A DNA stretch of 64,000 nucleotides from positions 45,294 to 109,293 of the forward strand of contig CAISZI010000050.1 of assembly GCA_903889905.1 (NCBI GenBank), in the 5' to 3' direction. Origin of the DNA: Candidatus Wirthbacteria bacterium. Its GTDB lineage: Bacteria > Patescibacteriota > CG2-30-54-11. A program made the position numbers and the translations under genes. Position 1 is the stretch's first letter. The number at the start of each line of letters is the position of its first letter. Positions 39,707-49,017 of this stretch are shown here, in pieces. Under the pieces are notes generated by a model, which did not search any database, was not told the DNA's origin, and saw nothing but the letters and a program-made list of their open reading frames with translations.

Positions 39707-40156
39707 ATGGATTTACGTGAAAACACATCAGGCTCTCTGGATAAACTTTCGACTCTTGGGTTTATATTACCCGATTTGGCAGAATTACCCTTCAATCCAG
39801 ATTGGCGTTGGTTCAATGCTGTCAACCAAGAAATTTTCCATACCGACGATCAGGGTGAATTACTTTTACAAACACAAGTGGAAAATACCGATGGCAGCGT
39901 TACTGTCATTGATGCCTACTTCGCAAACAAAACTCTTCGCAAACTTGTCAAAACTGACCTCACAAAAGAATCGACGAAATCCGGTATCCACGTTGTTTTC
40001 GCACAAACTTTCACCACCTCGACTTTCGATTATCAGCTCGGAACATTTAGCGTCGAAACAATAACGCAAACTGCAAGAATCGTTCAAATACCTGGAGCTA
40101 ATGCAGGTGGTATAACAAAAGATTATCAAACAAATGCGCCGAATTCCCCCCTTTAG
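39707..40156 (+). CDS. Hypothetical protein (may continue by frameshift to 40317)
   Basis: 149-aa ORF after TATAAT; the -1 frame stays open to TGA at about 40317. Confidence 0.45.
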   Translation: MDLRENTSGSLDKLSTLGFILPDLAELPFNPDWRWFNAVNQEIFHTDDQGELLLQTQVENTDGSVTVIDAYFANKTLRKLVKTDLTKESTKSGIHVVFAQTFTTSTFDYQLGTFSVETITQTARIVQIPGANAGGITKDYQTNAPNSPL

Positions 40157-40334
40157 AGAGATCTCTTTCTGATTTCAACCACGAAGAAATCACACAACAT
40201 AATAATGCCCTGGCTGCGTGGAAAAAAATGGTGCAGCCAACAAAGGAAGAGGTAGGCGCTCAAGGGGTTGGGGATGACAGATCCTTACGACGGGCCCAGC
40301 CTGTTGACCCTAATTGATAGTTTCGCCCAGTACA

Positions 40335-41171
40335 CTATTCCAGAACTTTATAGTACTTTTGCATCAACAATGCATCTTCTTCCAGATTCGGGCTTTCGCA
40401 CACTACTTCACCTTTGACGTCAAATTCACGTAACACGTCCAGGATCTCCCGCCACTTGAGGTCTGACTCCTCCAGCACGAGGTGATGCTGCTCACCCTTG
40501 TCGCTGTAAGCAATGCCGGACATGTGAATATACATATGGTCAAGCATCGCACGGCCCAGGCCTTTTTCTAACGCTGTCATGATCGCGCCAAATTCTTCGG
40601 CTGTATTGTTCTTTCCACCCGTACGCGCATGGGCGTGAGCAAAATCAATGCACGGCAACACACCCACCACTTCCTGGCTCAAACGAATCAGCTCGTCCAG
40701 GTCGCCAAATTGTGTGGCTTTGCCCGTGAGCTCAGGCCGGATCATGACATCGTCGATGCCTTCGTCATGCATAGACTGTTTGAGTTTAAGCAGTGCGGTT
40801 TTTACCAGGCCGTAAACGACTTCTTTGTCTTGTTTCTGATAAAAGGCCGAATGGAATGTGAACCATTTTGCGCCCAGATGGTGACAGGCACGAGCGGTGT
40901 TGAGTAAATAATGATGTGACGCCTCAATCTTGGGAGGTTCCAACGAGGCCAAATTTACATAGTAAGGTCCGTGCGCCGACAGTAGAATCTCCTTGGCTTT
41001 GGCCATAGAACCTACGCGCTGGGCTTCTTCAGCTTTCATGCGTGCCCCATGCACAAACTCAATTTCCATGGCCCCGAGTCCAAGCTCGGCAATGCGTTCG
41101 ACGCCCTCAAAACTGCTGCGTCCAGCCGCACTTAGCGGCGTGCCACCAGTCCCGAAAAGCAACGTATCCAT
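40335..41171 (-). CDS. nfo: Endonuclease IV / AP endonuclease family 2
   Basis: SAHGPYYVNL, RPELTGKATQFG, PCIDFAHAHAR, HMSGI, VCESP. Confidence 0.85.
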   Translation of the reverse strand: MDTLLFGTGGTPLSAAGRSSFEGVERIAELGLGAMEIEFVHGARMKAEEAQRVGSMAKAKEILLSAHGPYYVNLASLEPPKIEASHHYLLNTARACHHLGAKWFTFHSAFYQKQDKEVVYGLVKTALLKLKQSMHDEGIDDVMIRPELTGKATQFGDLDELIRLSQEVVGVLPCIDFAHAHARTGGKNNTAEEFGAIMTALEKGLGRAMLDHMYIHMSGIAYSDKGEQHHLVLEESDLKWREILDVLREFDVKGEVVCESPNLEEDALLMQKYYKVLE

Positions 41172-41183
41172 GTTGCCCCATTT

Positions 41184-41714
41184 CTAGAGTAAGACGACTT
41201 TTTCTAATTGCAGTAATTTACTTTTTTTGTCTATGCCACCACCGTACCCGCCCATGCGGTGGCCTTCTGCCAGTACCCGATGACAGGGAACAACGATCGG
41301 GAGCGGATTGGCACCACAGGCCTGACCAACAGCTTGAAAACCTTGCGTTTGTCCAATGGAACGACCCAGCTCGGCATAACTCTTGACCTGACCGTAGGCA
41401 ATTTGGGCAATCGCCGTCCAGATTTTTTGTTGATAAGGTGTACCACGTGGATCCAATGGCACGTCAAACTGAACAAGTCTGCCTTTGAAATAACGCCGCA
41501 GCTGCGCCTTCATTTTTTTGAGCAGTACATAATCCCGTTCAATGGCATCCACCGCGTCCACATGTTTTTTGAGCCATTGTTTAAAATGGGCGCGACTTCC
41601 AAATTCTATCCTGCATACCCCTTTGGGGGTTGCAGCGAGGTACAATTTACCGAGCGGGGAAGCAAAGGAACTCACATAGAGATTTTCCATGATGATCCTC
41701 GTTGATTTAGGCAT
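41184..41714 (-). CDS. ogt: Methylated-DNA--protein-cysteine methyltransferase
   Basis: SPLG, GTPYQQKIW, YGQVKSY, ANPLPIVVPCHRV, MGGYGGG. Confidence 0.93.
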   Translation of the reverse strand: MPKSTRIIMENLYVSSFASPLGKLYLAATPKGVCRIEFGSRAHFKQWLKKHVDAVDAIERDYVLLKKMKAQLRRYFKGRLVQFDVPLDPRGTPYQQKIWTAIAQIAYGQVKSYAELGRSIGQTQGFQAVGQACGANPLPIVVPCHRVLAEGHRMGGYGGGIDKKSKLLQLEKVVLL

Positions 41715-41740
41715 CCCAATTCAAACGCATTGTAGCATAA

Positions 41741-41773
41741 AAAAAGAGACAGCCCCGAGGGGTTGTCTCTTTT
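41741..41773 (-). terminator. Intrinsic terminator after hup
   Basis: AAAAAGAGACAGCCCC-GA-GGGGTTGTCTCTTTT inverted repeat. Confidence 0.75.
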
Positions 41774-41795
41774 GTGATATCAGAGGGAAGGAGAA

Positions 41796-42068
41796 CTACT
41801 TGACGGAATCCTTGAGGCCTTTGCCGGAAACGAAGGCTGGGGCTTTGGAGGCTGCGATCGGGATGTTCTCGCCGGTGCGGGGATTGCGACCAGTGCGGGC
41901 GCTGCGATGACGAACCACAAAGGTACCAAAACCTGTAACTTGCACTTTGCCACCTTTTTTCAAGGTCTTGGTCACGCCTTCGATCAAAGCTGCCAAAGCG
42001 TCGCTGGCGGCCTTCTTCGTGATATTGGCCTTGCTGGCGATGTAGTCGATGAGTTCTGTCTTGTTCAC
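41796..42068 (-). CDS. hup: DNA-binding protein HU
   Basis: GTG start with AGGAGG RBS; NKTELI, GFGTF, RTGRNPRTGE, PAFVSGKGLKDSVK. Confidence 0.96.
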   Translation of the reverse strand: MNKTELIDYIASKANITKKAASDALAALIEGVTKTLKKGGKVQVTGFGTFVVRHRSARTGRNPRTGENIPIAASKAPAFVSGKGLKDSVK

Positions 42069-42194
42069 GGGAATCCTCCTATTTGGATAAATAAACGGAA
42101 AAATCAATTTGCTGGTTTAAACCCTTGGGTAATATAGCCTAAACGATGACTTAATGCAAGTGCCCCAAGGGGTCTGACGTTTTTCATTGAAATT

Positions 42195-42231
42195 CCCTCC
42201 ACTGTCTTAACGGGGGAGGGCAGGGTGGGGG
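42195..42231. repeat. CCCTCC...GGGGAGGG-GGGG palindromic element
   Basis: Same architecture recurs at 50200-50275, 52310-52500 and 60597-60625. Confidence 0.55.
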
Positions 42232-42238
42232 TAATTTC

Positions 42239-43771
42239 TTACTTAGCAAATTCCACTGCGCGCGTCTCACGGATCACATTGACTTTGATCTGGCCAGGAT
42301 ACTCCAGACCTTCCTCGATTTTCTTGGCAACTTCAATCGCAATCATTTTGGACTTGAGATCATCGACTTCTTCGGGGTTGACCATGATGCGGATTTCACG
42401 ACCTGCCTGAATAGCAAAGGACTTCTGCACGCCCTGGACGTTGTTGGCGATTTCCTCAAGCTTGGTGAGGCGTTCGATGTAATTCTCAATCGTCCCGTGA
42501 CGTGCGCCCGGACGGGCACCGGAGATGGCGTCGGCCGACATGACAATAAAGTCTTCGGGGGATTTGGGTGGTACATCTTCGTGGTGGGCACGCACAGCAT
42601 AGACAACGCGGTCACTGAAACCGAGCTTCTGCAGCAAGTCCGCGCCAATCGTGGCATGTCCGCCTTCAACTTTGTGGTCAATGGCTTTGCCAATATCATG
42701 CAGCAATGCGGCTTTGCGGCAGAGTGCCACATCAGCGCCAACTTCGGAGGCCATCAAGGCCGCGAGGTGGGACGCTTCGATACAGTTGCTCAGAACACTT
42801 TGACCAAAACTGTAACGGAATTTCAGGCTACCCAGGAGCCGCGTAACGTCCGCCCGCAGGCCAGGGACCTTGGCTTCAACGGCAGCTTTCTGCCCTTCTT
42901 CCATAATCACTTTTTCGACTTCCTTGGTCGACTTCTCCACCATCTCTTCGATGCGGGCCGGATGAATACGACCATCCTGAATCAACTTGCTCAGGGTGAC
43001 ACGGGCCACCTCACGACGGATCGGATCAAAGCTTGAGATGACGATCGTCTCAGGGGTGTCATCAATAATGAAATCCACACCCAGCGCTTTTTCCAGGGCA
43101 CGGATATTGCGGCCTTCACGACCGATAATCCGCCCCTTCATTTCGTCGGTGGGTAGCGGTACGGAAGTCGTGGTGACTTCGGAGGTATGCTCAGTCGCCA
43201 TGCGCTGAATCGCAATGGTGATGATTTCGCGCGCCTTGCGGTCGGCTTCTTCTTTGGTTGCGGTTTCGACCTCTCGGATGAGGCGCAGGGCGTCTTCCTT
43301 GATATCGGATTCAACGCGGGAGAGCAACTCTTCTTTGGCCTGCTCCGCAGTCATTTCAGCAACTTGCTCGAGTTTCTGGTTAATTTCTTTGACACGTCCT
43401 TCTACTTGTTCCCGCTGTTTGACAATTGCCTGGCCTTGTAAATCCAGTTGCTGGATTTTGCTTTCAACCGTTTCATAACGTTTATCGAGTGCTTCTTCGC
43501 GCTGAGACAACCGCTTTTGCTCGCTTAAAATTTCAGCCCGCATTTTTTCGGCGTGGCTATCGGCATTTTCCTTGATCTTCAAAGCTTCGGTCTTGGCTTC
43601 CAGGACTAACTCTTTTTGTTTCTGCAACGACTCAGAGAGTTCCTGCTGCGCTTTGGCTTTTTCCTGTTCGAGCTTTTGCTTGTTGAGCATTGGCAGCAGC
43701 AGAAAACCAAACCCGACTCCGATTGCCCCCCCCAGCACCACGGCGATGAGGGCAACAATTAGCATGTCCAT
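42239..43771 (-). CDS. rny: Ribonuclease Y
   Basis: N-terminal TM, coiled coil, KH domain (MKGRIIGREGRNIR), LLHDIGK, ADAISGARPGAR, YPGQIKVNVIRETR. Confidence 0.96.
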   Translation of the reverse strand: MDMLIVALIAVVLGGAIGVGFGFLLLPMLNKQKLEQEKAKAQQELSESLQKQKELVLEAKTEALKIKENADSHAEKMRAEILSEQKRLSQREEALDKRYETVESKIQQLDLQGQAIVKQREQVEGRVKEINQKLEQVAEMTAEQAKEELLSRVESDIKEDALRLIREVETATKEEADRKAREIITIAIQRMATEHTSEVTTTSVPLPTDEMKGRIIGREGRNIRALEKALGVDFIIDDTPETIVISSFDPIRREVARVTLSKLIQDGRIHPARIEEMVEKSTKEVEKVIMEEGQKAAVEAKVPGLRADVTRLLGSLKFRYSFGQSVLSNCIEASHLAALMASEVGADVALCRKAALLHDIGKAIDHKVEGGHATIGADLLQKLGFSDRVVYAVRAHHEDVPPKSPEDFIVMSADAISGARPGARHGTIENYIERLTKLEEIANNVQGVQKSFAIQAGREIRIMVNPEEVDDLKSKMIAIEVAKKIEEGLEYPGQIKVNVIRETRAVEFAK

Positions 43772-43796
43772 GCTATCCCTTTATATATGAATAAAA

Positions 43797-43960
43797 GGGA
43801 ATAATTCTGGGTGAATAGAACAACCGAACGGGCTATCCCCCGTTCTCCAGGCAGCGCATAAAGGCGTTTAAATGCTTTTGTTTCAAGGTTGATGGGTTTC
43901 AAAGGAATCAAATCATTTTTTAACTGCGACTGGGTTCCAGACACTCCAGAACAACTCCCC
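43797..43960 (-). ncRNA. ssrS: Probable 6S RNA
   Basis: Ends pair (GGGAGT/ATTCCC, TTCTGG/CCAGAA, GTG/CAC); inner stems CAG-CGCA/TGCG-CTG and AAATG/CATTT; central bubble; upstream of rny with its own promoter. Confidence 0.5.
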
Positions 43961-43981
43961 TAGATCGACGATAACGGGTTC

Positions 43982-44010
43982 ATTATGGCGGCGAGGGAGC
44001 GGCCTGTCAA
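43982..44010 (-). promoter_or_regulatory. sigma70 promoter for candidate 6S RNA/rny
   Basis: TTGACA-N17-CATAAT on the minus strand. Confidence 0.65.
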
Positions 44011-44042
44011 GCAATCCAAGCTGGTGTAAGCGTAGGGGAAAT

Positions 44043-45281
44043 TCATGAATTTCCCTTTCCTCTCCCCGGATCTGCCGCTTCCACCGCAGTGAGCAGTCGC
44101 TCATAACGTTGCTTTTTCACGATTTTGGGCACGTCATCCACCCAATGCGTGGCAGCAAAAGTTCCCGGCCGAGGAGAATACATGGCCAGGTAAGCCACAT
44201 TAAAACGAACCGTTCTTACCAGCGCAAGCGTTGCCTCGAAATCCTCATCAGTTTCACCACAAAATCCGACAATCAAATCCGTGCCCAGCTCAATATCGGG
44301 GACAGTCTGACGAATCCTTGAGGCAAGGTCGGTAAATTCCTCGGCCGTGTGCCGTCGGTTCATGCGCTTCAAGACAGCGTTACTACCCGACTGCACGGCC
44401 ATATGTAGAAACCGGTCGATTTTGGGCAGTTTGAGCACCTCAATCATGTCCTGCGTGAAATCAAACGGATTGGAACTAACAAAGGAAAGTTTGCTCAAGC
44501 CTTCCAACGCATGGATCTCACGCAGCAAACTCGCAAACGGAAGCGGCTGATTGGAATTAATCCGGATTGCCTTTTTTTCCTCTGGTGATGCAATGCCCCA
44601 TGAATTCACATTTTGACCAAGCAGCGTGATGTGCTCATAGCCCTGCCCCACAAGTGCCTTCACTTCGTCCAAAATCATCTGGCGATCTTTGCTGCGTTCC
44701 TCGCCACGCGCATGTGGTACCACACAATAGGTACAAAAATTGTCGCAACCTTCAGAAATTTTGATATACGCATGTGATCCTTCTTTCCGTCTGGCCCGTA
44801 GGGGCGTGCCGTGGCCCGCCCTTTCCCCTCCCACCACCCCCGACGTCATCCCTTCCTTCATCAAAATCGTCGGTAGTTGCTCGCCGTAGCTTCCCTGGTC
44901 CACAAAATAATCAACAAAATTCGCCCGGCGCGCCAGTTCTGTTTCATTGATGCGCTTACGTTTGCCGCGCGCCGACCCGACCATGCAGCCGGTCAGAATG
45001 ACAAGTGGCAATCCGTCTTGCTGCACTGCCTCACCACCGGGCAAATTGCCGCTACCAAAAATCCGTTTGCCTTGCTTCTCCCACTTCTTGCCCCAGCCGT
45101 AGACTTTGTCTTCGGCAATCTGGCGCACCGAACAGGAGTTTAGAATGACAACCTCGGCATCCCGCCAGGTTTGGGCCGCGACCAGTCCTAACGCCTCACA
45201 CAAACCAGCCATTTCTTCGGCTTCGGCCGTGTTCATTTGACAGCCATAGGACTGGATGAAATATTTTTTTTGGGCAGTCAA
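44043..45281 (-). CDS. miaB: tRNA methylthiotransferase MiaB-like (no TRAM domain)
   Basis: SYGCQMN, LNSCSVRQ.AE, LTGC, EGCDNFCTYCVVP, LLGQNVNS, YSPRPGT. Confidence 0.85.
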   Translation of the reverse strand: MTAQKKYFIQSYGCQMNTAEAEEMAGLCEALGLVAAQTWRDAEVVILNSCSVRQIAEDKVYGWGKKWEKQGKRIFGSGNLPGGEAVQQDGLPLVILTGCMVGSARGKRKRINETELARRANFVDYFVDQGSYGEQLPTILMKEGMTSGVVGGERAGHGTPLRARRKEGSHAYIKISEGCDNFCTYCVVPHARGEERSKDRQMILDEVKALVGQGYEHITLLGQNVNSWGIASPEEKKAIRINSNQPLPFASLLREIHALEGLSKLSFVSSNPFDFTQDMIEVLKLPKIDRFLHMAVQSGSNAVLKRMNRRHTAEEFTDLASRIRQTVPDIELGTDLIVGFCGETDEDFEATLALVRTVRFNVAYLAMYSPRPGTFAATHWVDDVPKIVKKQRYERLLTAVEAADPGRGKGNS

Positions 45282-45283
45282 GT

Positions 45284-47122
45284 TTATCCCCAGATTTCTA
45301 GACTTCTCGTTTTGACGAGTTCCGCAACCTTGGCGACAAAGTCTGCAACGGGTACAGCACCTTTGTTTTCTTCTGTCCGCAAACGAAGTGCCACAGCGTT
45401 GGCTTCAATTTCCTTGTCTCCCACCACCAGCATATAAGGAATTTTCTGCAGTTGCGCGGCGCGGATCTTCTGGTTCATACGTTCGCCGCTAGCATCGATC
45501 TCTGTGCGAATTCCGGCCGCAACCAGCTGCGCCTTGACAGTATTGGCATACTCAAGATGACGGTCTGAAATCGGCACAATCATGGCCTGCACCGGCGCGA
45601 GCCAGACCGGGAATGCACCGGCATAATATTCAATCAGGAAAGCCATGGTACGTTCAAAAGCGCCAATCGAAGAACGATGGACGACGACCGGCTCCTGTTC
45701 CGAGCCATCCGGTGCCACAAACCGCATTTCGAACCGCTTGGGCATGACAAAGTCGTATTGCACTGTAAACGCCGTCTCTTCTTGACCACTGATCTTTTTC
45801 ATCTGGATATCAATTTTGGGACCATAGAACGCAGCTTCTCCAGCCGCTTCAAAGTAGGGCGCCTTTTCTTCGATCAAAACTTCACGCAAAACATTCTCGG
45901 CATGATCCCAGGCCGCGTCATCCTTGTAATATTTCTCGGTATTGCTGCGATCTCCCAACGACAAACGATAACGGTAATCCTCGCCACGTTTGAGGCCAAA
46001 GACCGCATTGATCTCGTCAATGAGCGTCAGCACCCGTTTCACTTCTTCTTTGGCCTGCTCTTTTTGACAAATGATGTGAGCATCGGCAAGACAAAACATG
46101 CGGACACGCATCAAACCGGTGAGCTCTCCGCTTTTTTCGTACCGAAACTGCGGGCTGAGTTCGGCGATTCGAAGCGGCAACTCGCGATAGCTGCGTGGTT
46201 TGGATTTATACAGCATAAAGTGGTGCGGGCAGGTCATGGGCCGCAAAATCAGTTCATCGTCATCCACCTGCATCACCGGGTACATAGTGTCTTTGTAATA
46301 CGGATAGTGGCCGGACGTTTTATAAAGTTCAGTCTTGGCAATCGGCGGCGTGATCACGTGTTGATAACCCCAGGCATTTTCTTTTTCCAGCACCAGTTTC
46401 TCCAGTTCGCGGCGGATGACCGTGCCTTTGGGTGTGAGCATCGGCAATCCCTTGCCGATCAAGTCGGCAAAGACGAACAAGTCCAAATCCTGACCCAGTT
46501 TGCGATGATCACGACGTTTGGCTTCTTCCTGGCGGAAGAGGTAATCCTCAAGTTCCTGCTTGGTATGAAATGCGGTGCCGTAGATGCGGGATAGCATCTT
46601 GTTTTTCTCGTCGCCATGCCAGTAGGCGCCAGCCACGGAAAGAAGCTTGAACGGTCCGATCTGGCCGGTCGCTTCCACGTGCGGGCCTCGACACAGATCG
46701 ACAAACTCTTCGCCTGTCCAATAAACCGTGATCGTCTTGTCTCCGCGCTGTTCAAAAATATCTAACCATTCCAATTTGTAAGGGTTGTCTTTGAACATGG
46801 CCCGCCCCTGGTCAAAGGTCACTTCTTCGCGGCGGATTGGCATGTTGGCCTCAACGATTTTCTTCATTTCGGCTTCAATTGCCGGGAAATCCTCAGGTGC
46901 AATCTTGAGGCTCGGATCGACATGATCGCTGTCATGATAAAACCCTTCTTCCGTGGCTGGCCCCATAGCCGCTTTAATCCGATCGGCGCCATAAATCCGG
47001 TTGAGTGCCTGATGCAGCACATGTTCTGTGCTATGCCGCATGGCGGCTAAATCGACTTTTTCCATGGTTTCTCCTTGGTTAGTGGGATAGTCAGGATTGA
47101 AGTGTAATTCTGATTTACTCAT
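45284..47122 (-). CDS. thrS: Threonine--tRNA ligase (alternative start 47065)
   Basis: RHSTEH, DLCRGPH, RDHRKLG, RPMTCPHH, AAFYGPKID, VVHRS. Confidence 0.97.
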   Translation of the reverse strand: MSKSELHFNPDYPTNQGETMEKVDLAAMRHSTEHVLHQALNRIYGADRIKAAMGPATEEGFYHDSDHVDPSLKIAPEDFPAIEAEMKKIVEANMPIRREEVTFDQGRAMFKDNPYKLEWLDIFEQRGDKTITVYWTGEEFVDLCRGPHVEATGQIGPFKLLSVAGAYWHGDEKNKMLSRIYGTAFHTKQELEDYLFRQEEAKRRDHRKLGQDLDLFVFADLIGKGLPMLTPKGTVIRRELEKLVLEKENAWGYQHVITPPIAKTELYKTSGHYPYYKDTMYPVMQVDDDELILRPMTCPHHFMLYKSKPRSYRELPLRIAELSPQFRYEKSGELTGLMRVRMFCLADAHIICQKEQAKEEVKRVLTLIDEINAVFGLKRGEDYRYRLSLGDRSNTEKYYKDDAAWDHAENVLREVLIEEKAPYFEAAGEAAFYGPKIDIQMKKISGQEETAFTVQYDFVMPKRFEMRFVAPDGSEQEPVVVHRSSIGAFERTMAFLIEYYAGAFPVWLAPVQAMIVPISDRHLEYANTVKAQLVAAGIRTEIDASGERMNQKIRAAQLQKIPYMLVVGDKEIEANAVALRLRTEENKGAVPVADFVAKVAELVKTRSLEIWG

Positions 47123-47134
47123 TTTTCCTCCCTG

Positions 47135-47305
47135 TTATTCAAATGTCCGATTGTGTTCAGCTTCAACGTCCTTGATTCCCTTCCGTTGAAACAACGGATG
47201 ATCTTCAATGATTTGCCACATTTTATTACGTGTTTCTTCATCCAACTTTTTTCCCTTGAGGTCAATTCCTAACGTTTGCAAAAACTGCAGTTCAGCATCG
47301 TTCAT
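47135..47305 (-). CDS. Small hypothetical protein (56 aa), not in the ORF track
   Basis: MNDAELQFLQTLGIDLKGKKLDEETRNKMWQIIEDHPLFQRKGIKDVEAEHNRTFE*; AGGAG RBS. Confidence 0.6.
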   Translation of the reverse strand: MNDAELQFLQTLGIDLKGKKLDEETRNKMWQIIEDHPLFQRKGIKDVEAEHNRTFE

Positions 47306-47339
47306 ATCTTACTCCTGACAAAAGGTAAACGCGGACGAA

Positions 47340-47505
47340 AATAAAAAATCCCGCCTCATCCAAACGATGAGACGGGACTAAAGTTCCGTGGTTCCACTCA
47401 ATTTCTACTTGATGTTGATAAGGCGGTGGCGTCCGCACGACCGAAGGTGGTTGTTGGGGATTTGCCGGCTTGCACTGTTTCCGGATCGCTGTGGCAAAAA
47501 GTATA
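47340..47505 (-). promoter_or_regulatory. T-box riboswitch (Thr)
   Basis: AATTGAGTGGAACCACGG T-box, terminator CCCGTCTCATC-GTTTG-GATGAGGCGGG-ATTTTTT, stem I with AGCGA and GTGCAA boxes and an ACC specifier candidate; upstream of thrS. Confidence 0.88.
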
Positions 47506-47527
47506 AGACAAAGGTTCTAAAAATGCA

Positions 47528-47556
47528 AAATCCCATCTCAGATTGAGATGGGATTT
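47528..47556. terminator. Intrinsic terminator
   Basis: AAATCCCATCTCA-GAT-TGAGATGGGATTT. Confidence 0.75.
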
Positions 47557-47583
47557 ATTCATTTTGCATTTATTCTTTGTATA

Positions 47584-48138
47584 TTAATCCACCCAATCCA
47601 TTGGAGATTTAAAATGAAGCGCATAAGCCTTCAATTCAGCCGCACTAACATCAGCCGGATGATATTCTGGACCGTTGGCTCCCTGTACTTCCCACATAGC
47701 CCCACCGCCATTTTGAAAATTGATTAGAAATTTAGTTCCTTCAGGAAATTTCGTATATTCCAGTTGCAACCTTTGTAGAACTCCTTCAGCTACTTCAGCT
47801 GTCTGGCGTGGTTTAGTGTCAAATTCAGATCCGTCAGCCCAATGCTCTGGGGTTAACACAGAAGTCAATCCTGTTTCTGATTGACTTGTGCCATGTTTAA
47901 ATGTTCCCTCATCTGCTAATTGTGAACCCAACGTTTGCCCAGCATCTGCTGCATCCTCATACTGTTCTATTTGACTGCGGGTAAAAACTGTCAAATGCGC
48001 AGCAAACTCTGCCTGTTCTTGTTCGCCGGAGATGACAGGTCTACGTACTTCGCTATAGCTTTTCCACGGGTCAGTTCCTGCTGGAACATCTAACGGCATC
48101 TCTTTTAGAACATCTCCAAAACCCTGTGCATTACCCAT
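47584..48138 (-). CDS. Hypothetical protein
   Basis: 184-aa ORF from ATG 48138, GAGGA RBS, flanked by terminators. Confidence 0.6.
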   Translation of the reverse strand: MGNAQGFGDVLKEMPLDVPAGTDPWKSYSEVRRPVISGEQEQAEFAAHLTVFTRSQIEQYEDAADAGQTLGSQLADEGTFKHGTSQSETGLTSVLTPEHWADGSEFDTKPRQTAEVAEGVLQRLQLEYTKFPEGTKFLINFQNGGGAMWEVQGANGPEYHPADVSAAELKAYALHFKSPMDWVD

Positions 48139-48243
48139 TGATAATTCCTCAATAAATAAACTAATCATTTAATTGTACCACAAAAACACAAATCCCGCCT
48201 TATTTGCCGGCGGGATTCGTTGCTATCAAGCCACAAAATCATT

Positions 48244-49002
48244 TTACAACGGACACGGCACATCAATAAACTCAACCCCAACCCCAAACTCCCTCACCAC
48301 CAACTCTCCCAGTGCCTTGATCCCCAATGTCTCGGTATTGTAATGCCCGGCATAGATCACATGGATACCTGCTTCCTTGGCTAGATGAAAATTGGATTCC
48401 TTGGACTCGCCTGTGACAAAAGCATCCAATTTCAATTTCACCGCATCCCTCAAATGACCCGCCCCGCCACCCGAGACAAACCCCACGCGTTTGACCTTGG
48501 CTGGCCCAAACGGCAATACCAGCGCTTCGGTTTCGAGTTTATCCGTCAGCCGCTCCGCCAGCTGTTCTATCGCAAGTCCCCGATGCTCTCCAATGGCACC
48601 AACCGAATTACCTTCATACACGGCAAATGGTTGCGGTGACAATTTGAGCCCAGTCAACTTGACCAGAAGCGCATTGTTCCCAATCTCACGGTGTGCATCC
48701 AGCGGCAAATGATACCCTGCCAGAGTTATGTCGTGCTTAAATAGCACTTTGAGCCGATCCTTGCGCATGCGTCCAATTATCTGGCTGCCGTCCTGCCAGA
48801 ATTCGCCATGGTGGACCAGAATCATGTCTGCTTTGGCTTTGGCAGCCTTTTCAAAGAGTTCCAGTGAAGCACTCACGCCAGTCACGATTTTCTTGACCTC
48901 GTCCTTGCCGATGACCTGCAACCCCTTAGGACAAAAATCCTGGAAGGAATCGATATGGAGGTAGTCGTTACAAAAACGCAGAATGTCGTCGCGAGTGGCC
49001 AT
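48244..49002 (-). CDS. Nif3/YbgI dinuclear metal center protein
   Basis: GLQVIG, ILVHHG, YHLPLDAH..GNN, AGHYNTE. Confidence 0.92.
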   Translation of the reverse strand: MATRDDILRFCNDYLHIDSFQDFCPKGLQVIGKDEVKKIVTGVSASLELFEKAAKAKADMILVHHGEFWQDGSQIIGRMRKDRLKVLFKHDITLAGYHLPLDAHREIGNNALLVKLTGLKLSPQPFAVYEGNSVGAIGEHRGLAIEQLAERLTDKLETEALVLPFGPAKVKRVGFVSGGGAGHLRDAVKLKLDAFVTGESKESNFHLAKEAGIHVIYAGHYNTETLGIKALGELVVREFGVGVEFIDVPCPL

Positions 49003-49017
49003 CAGCAAAACCTCATA

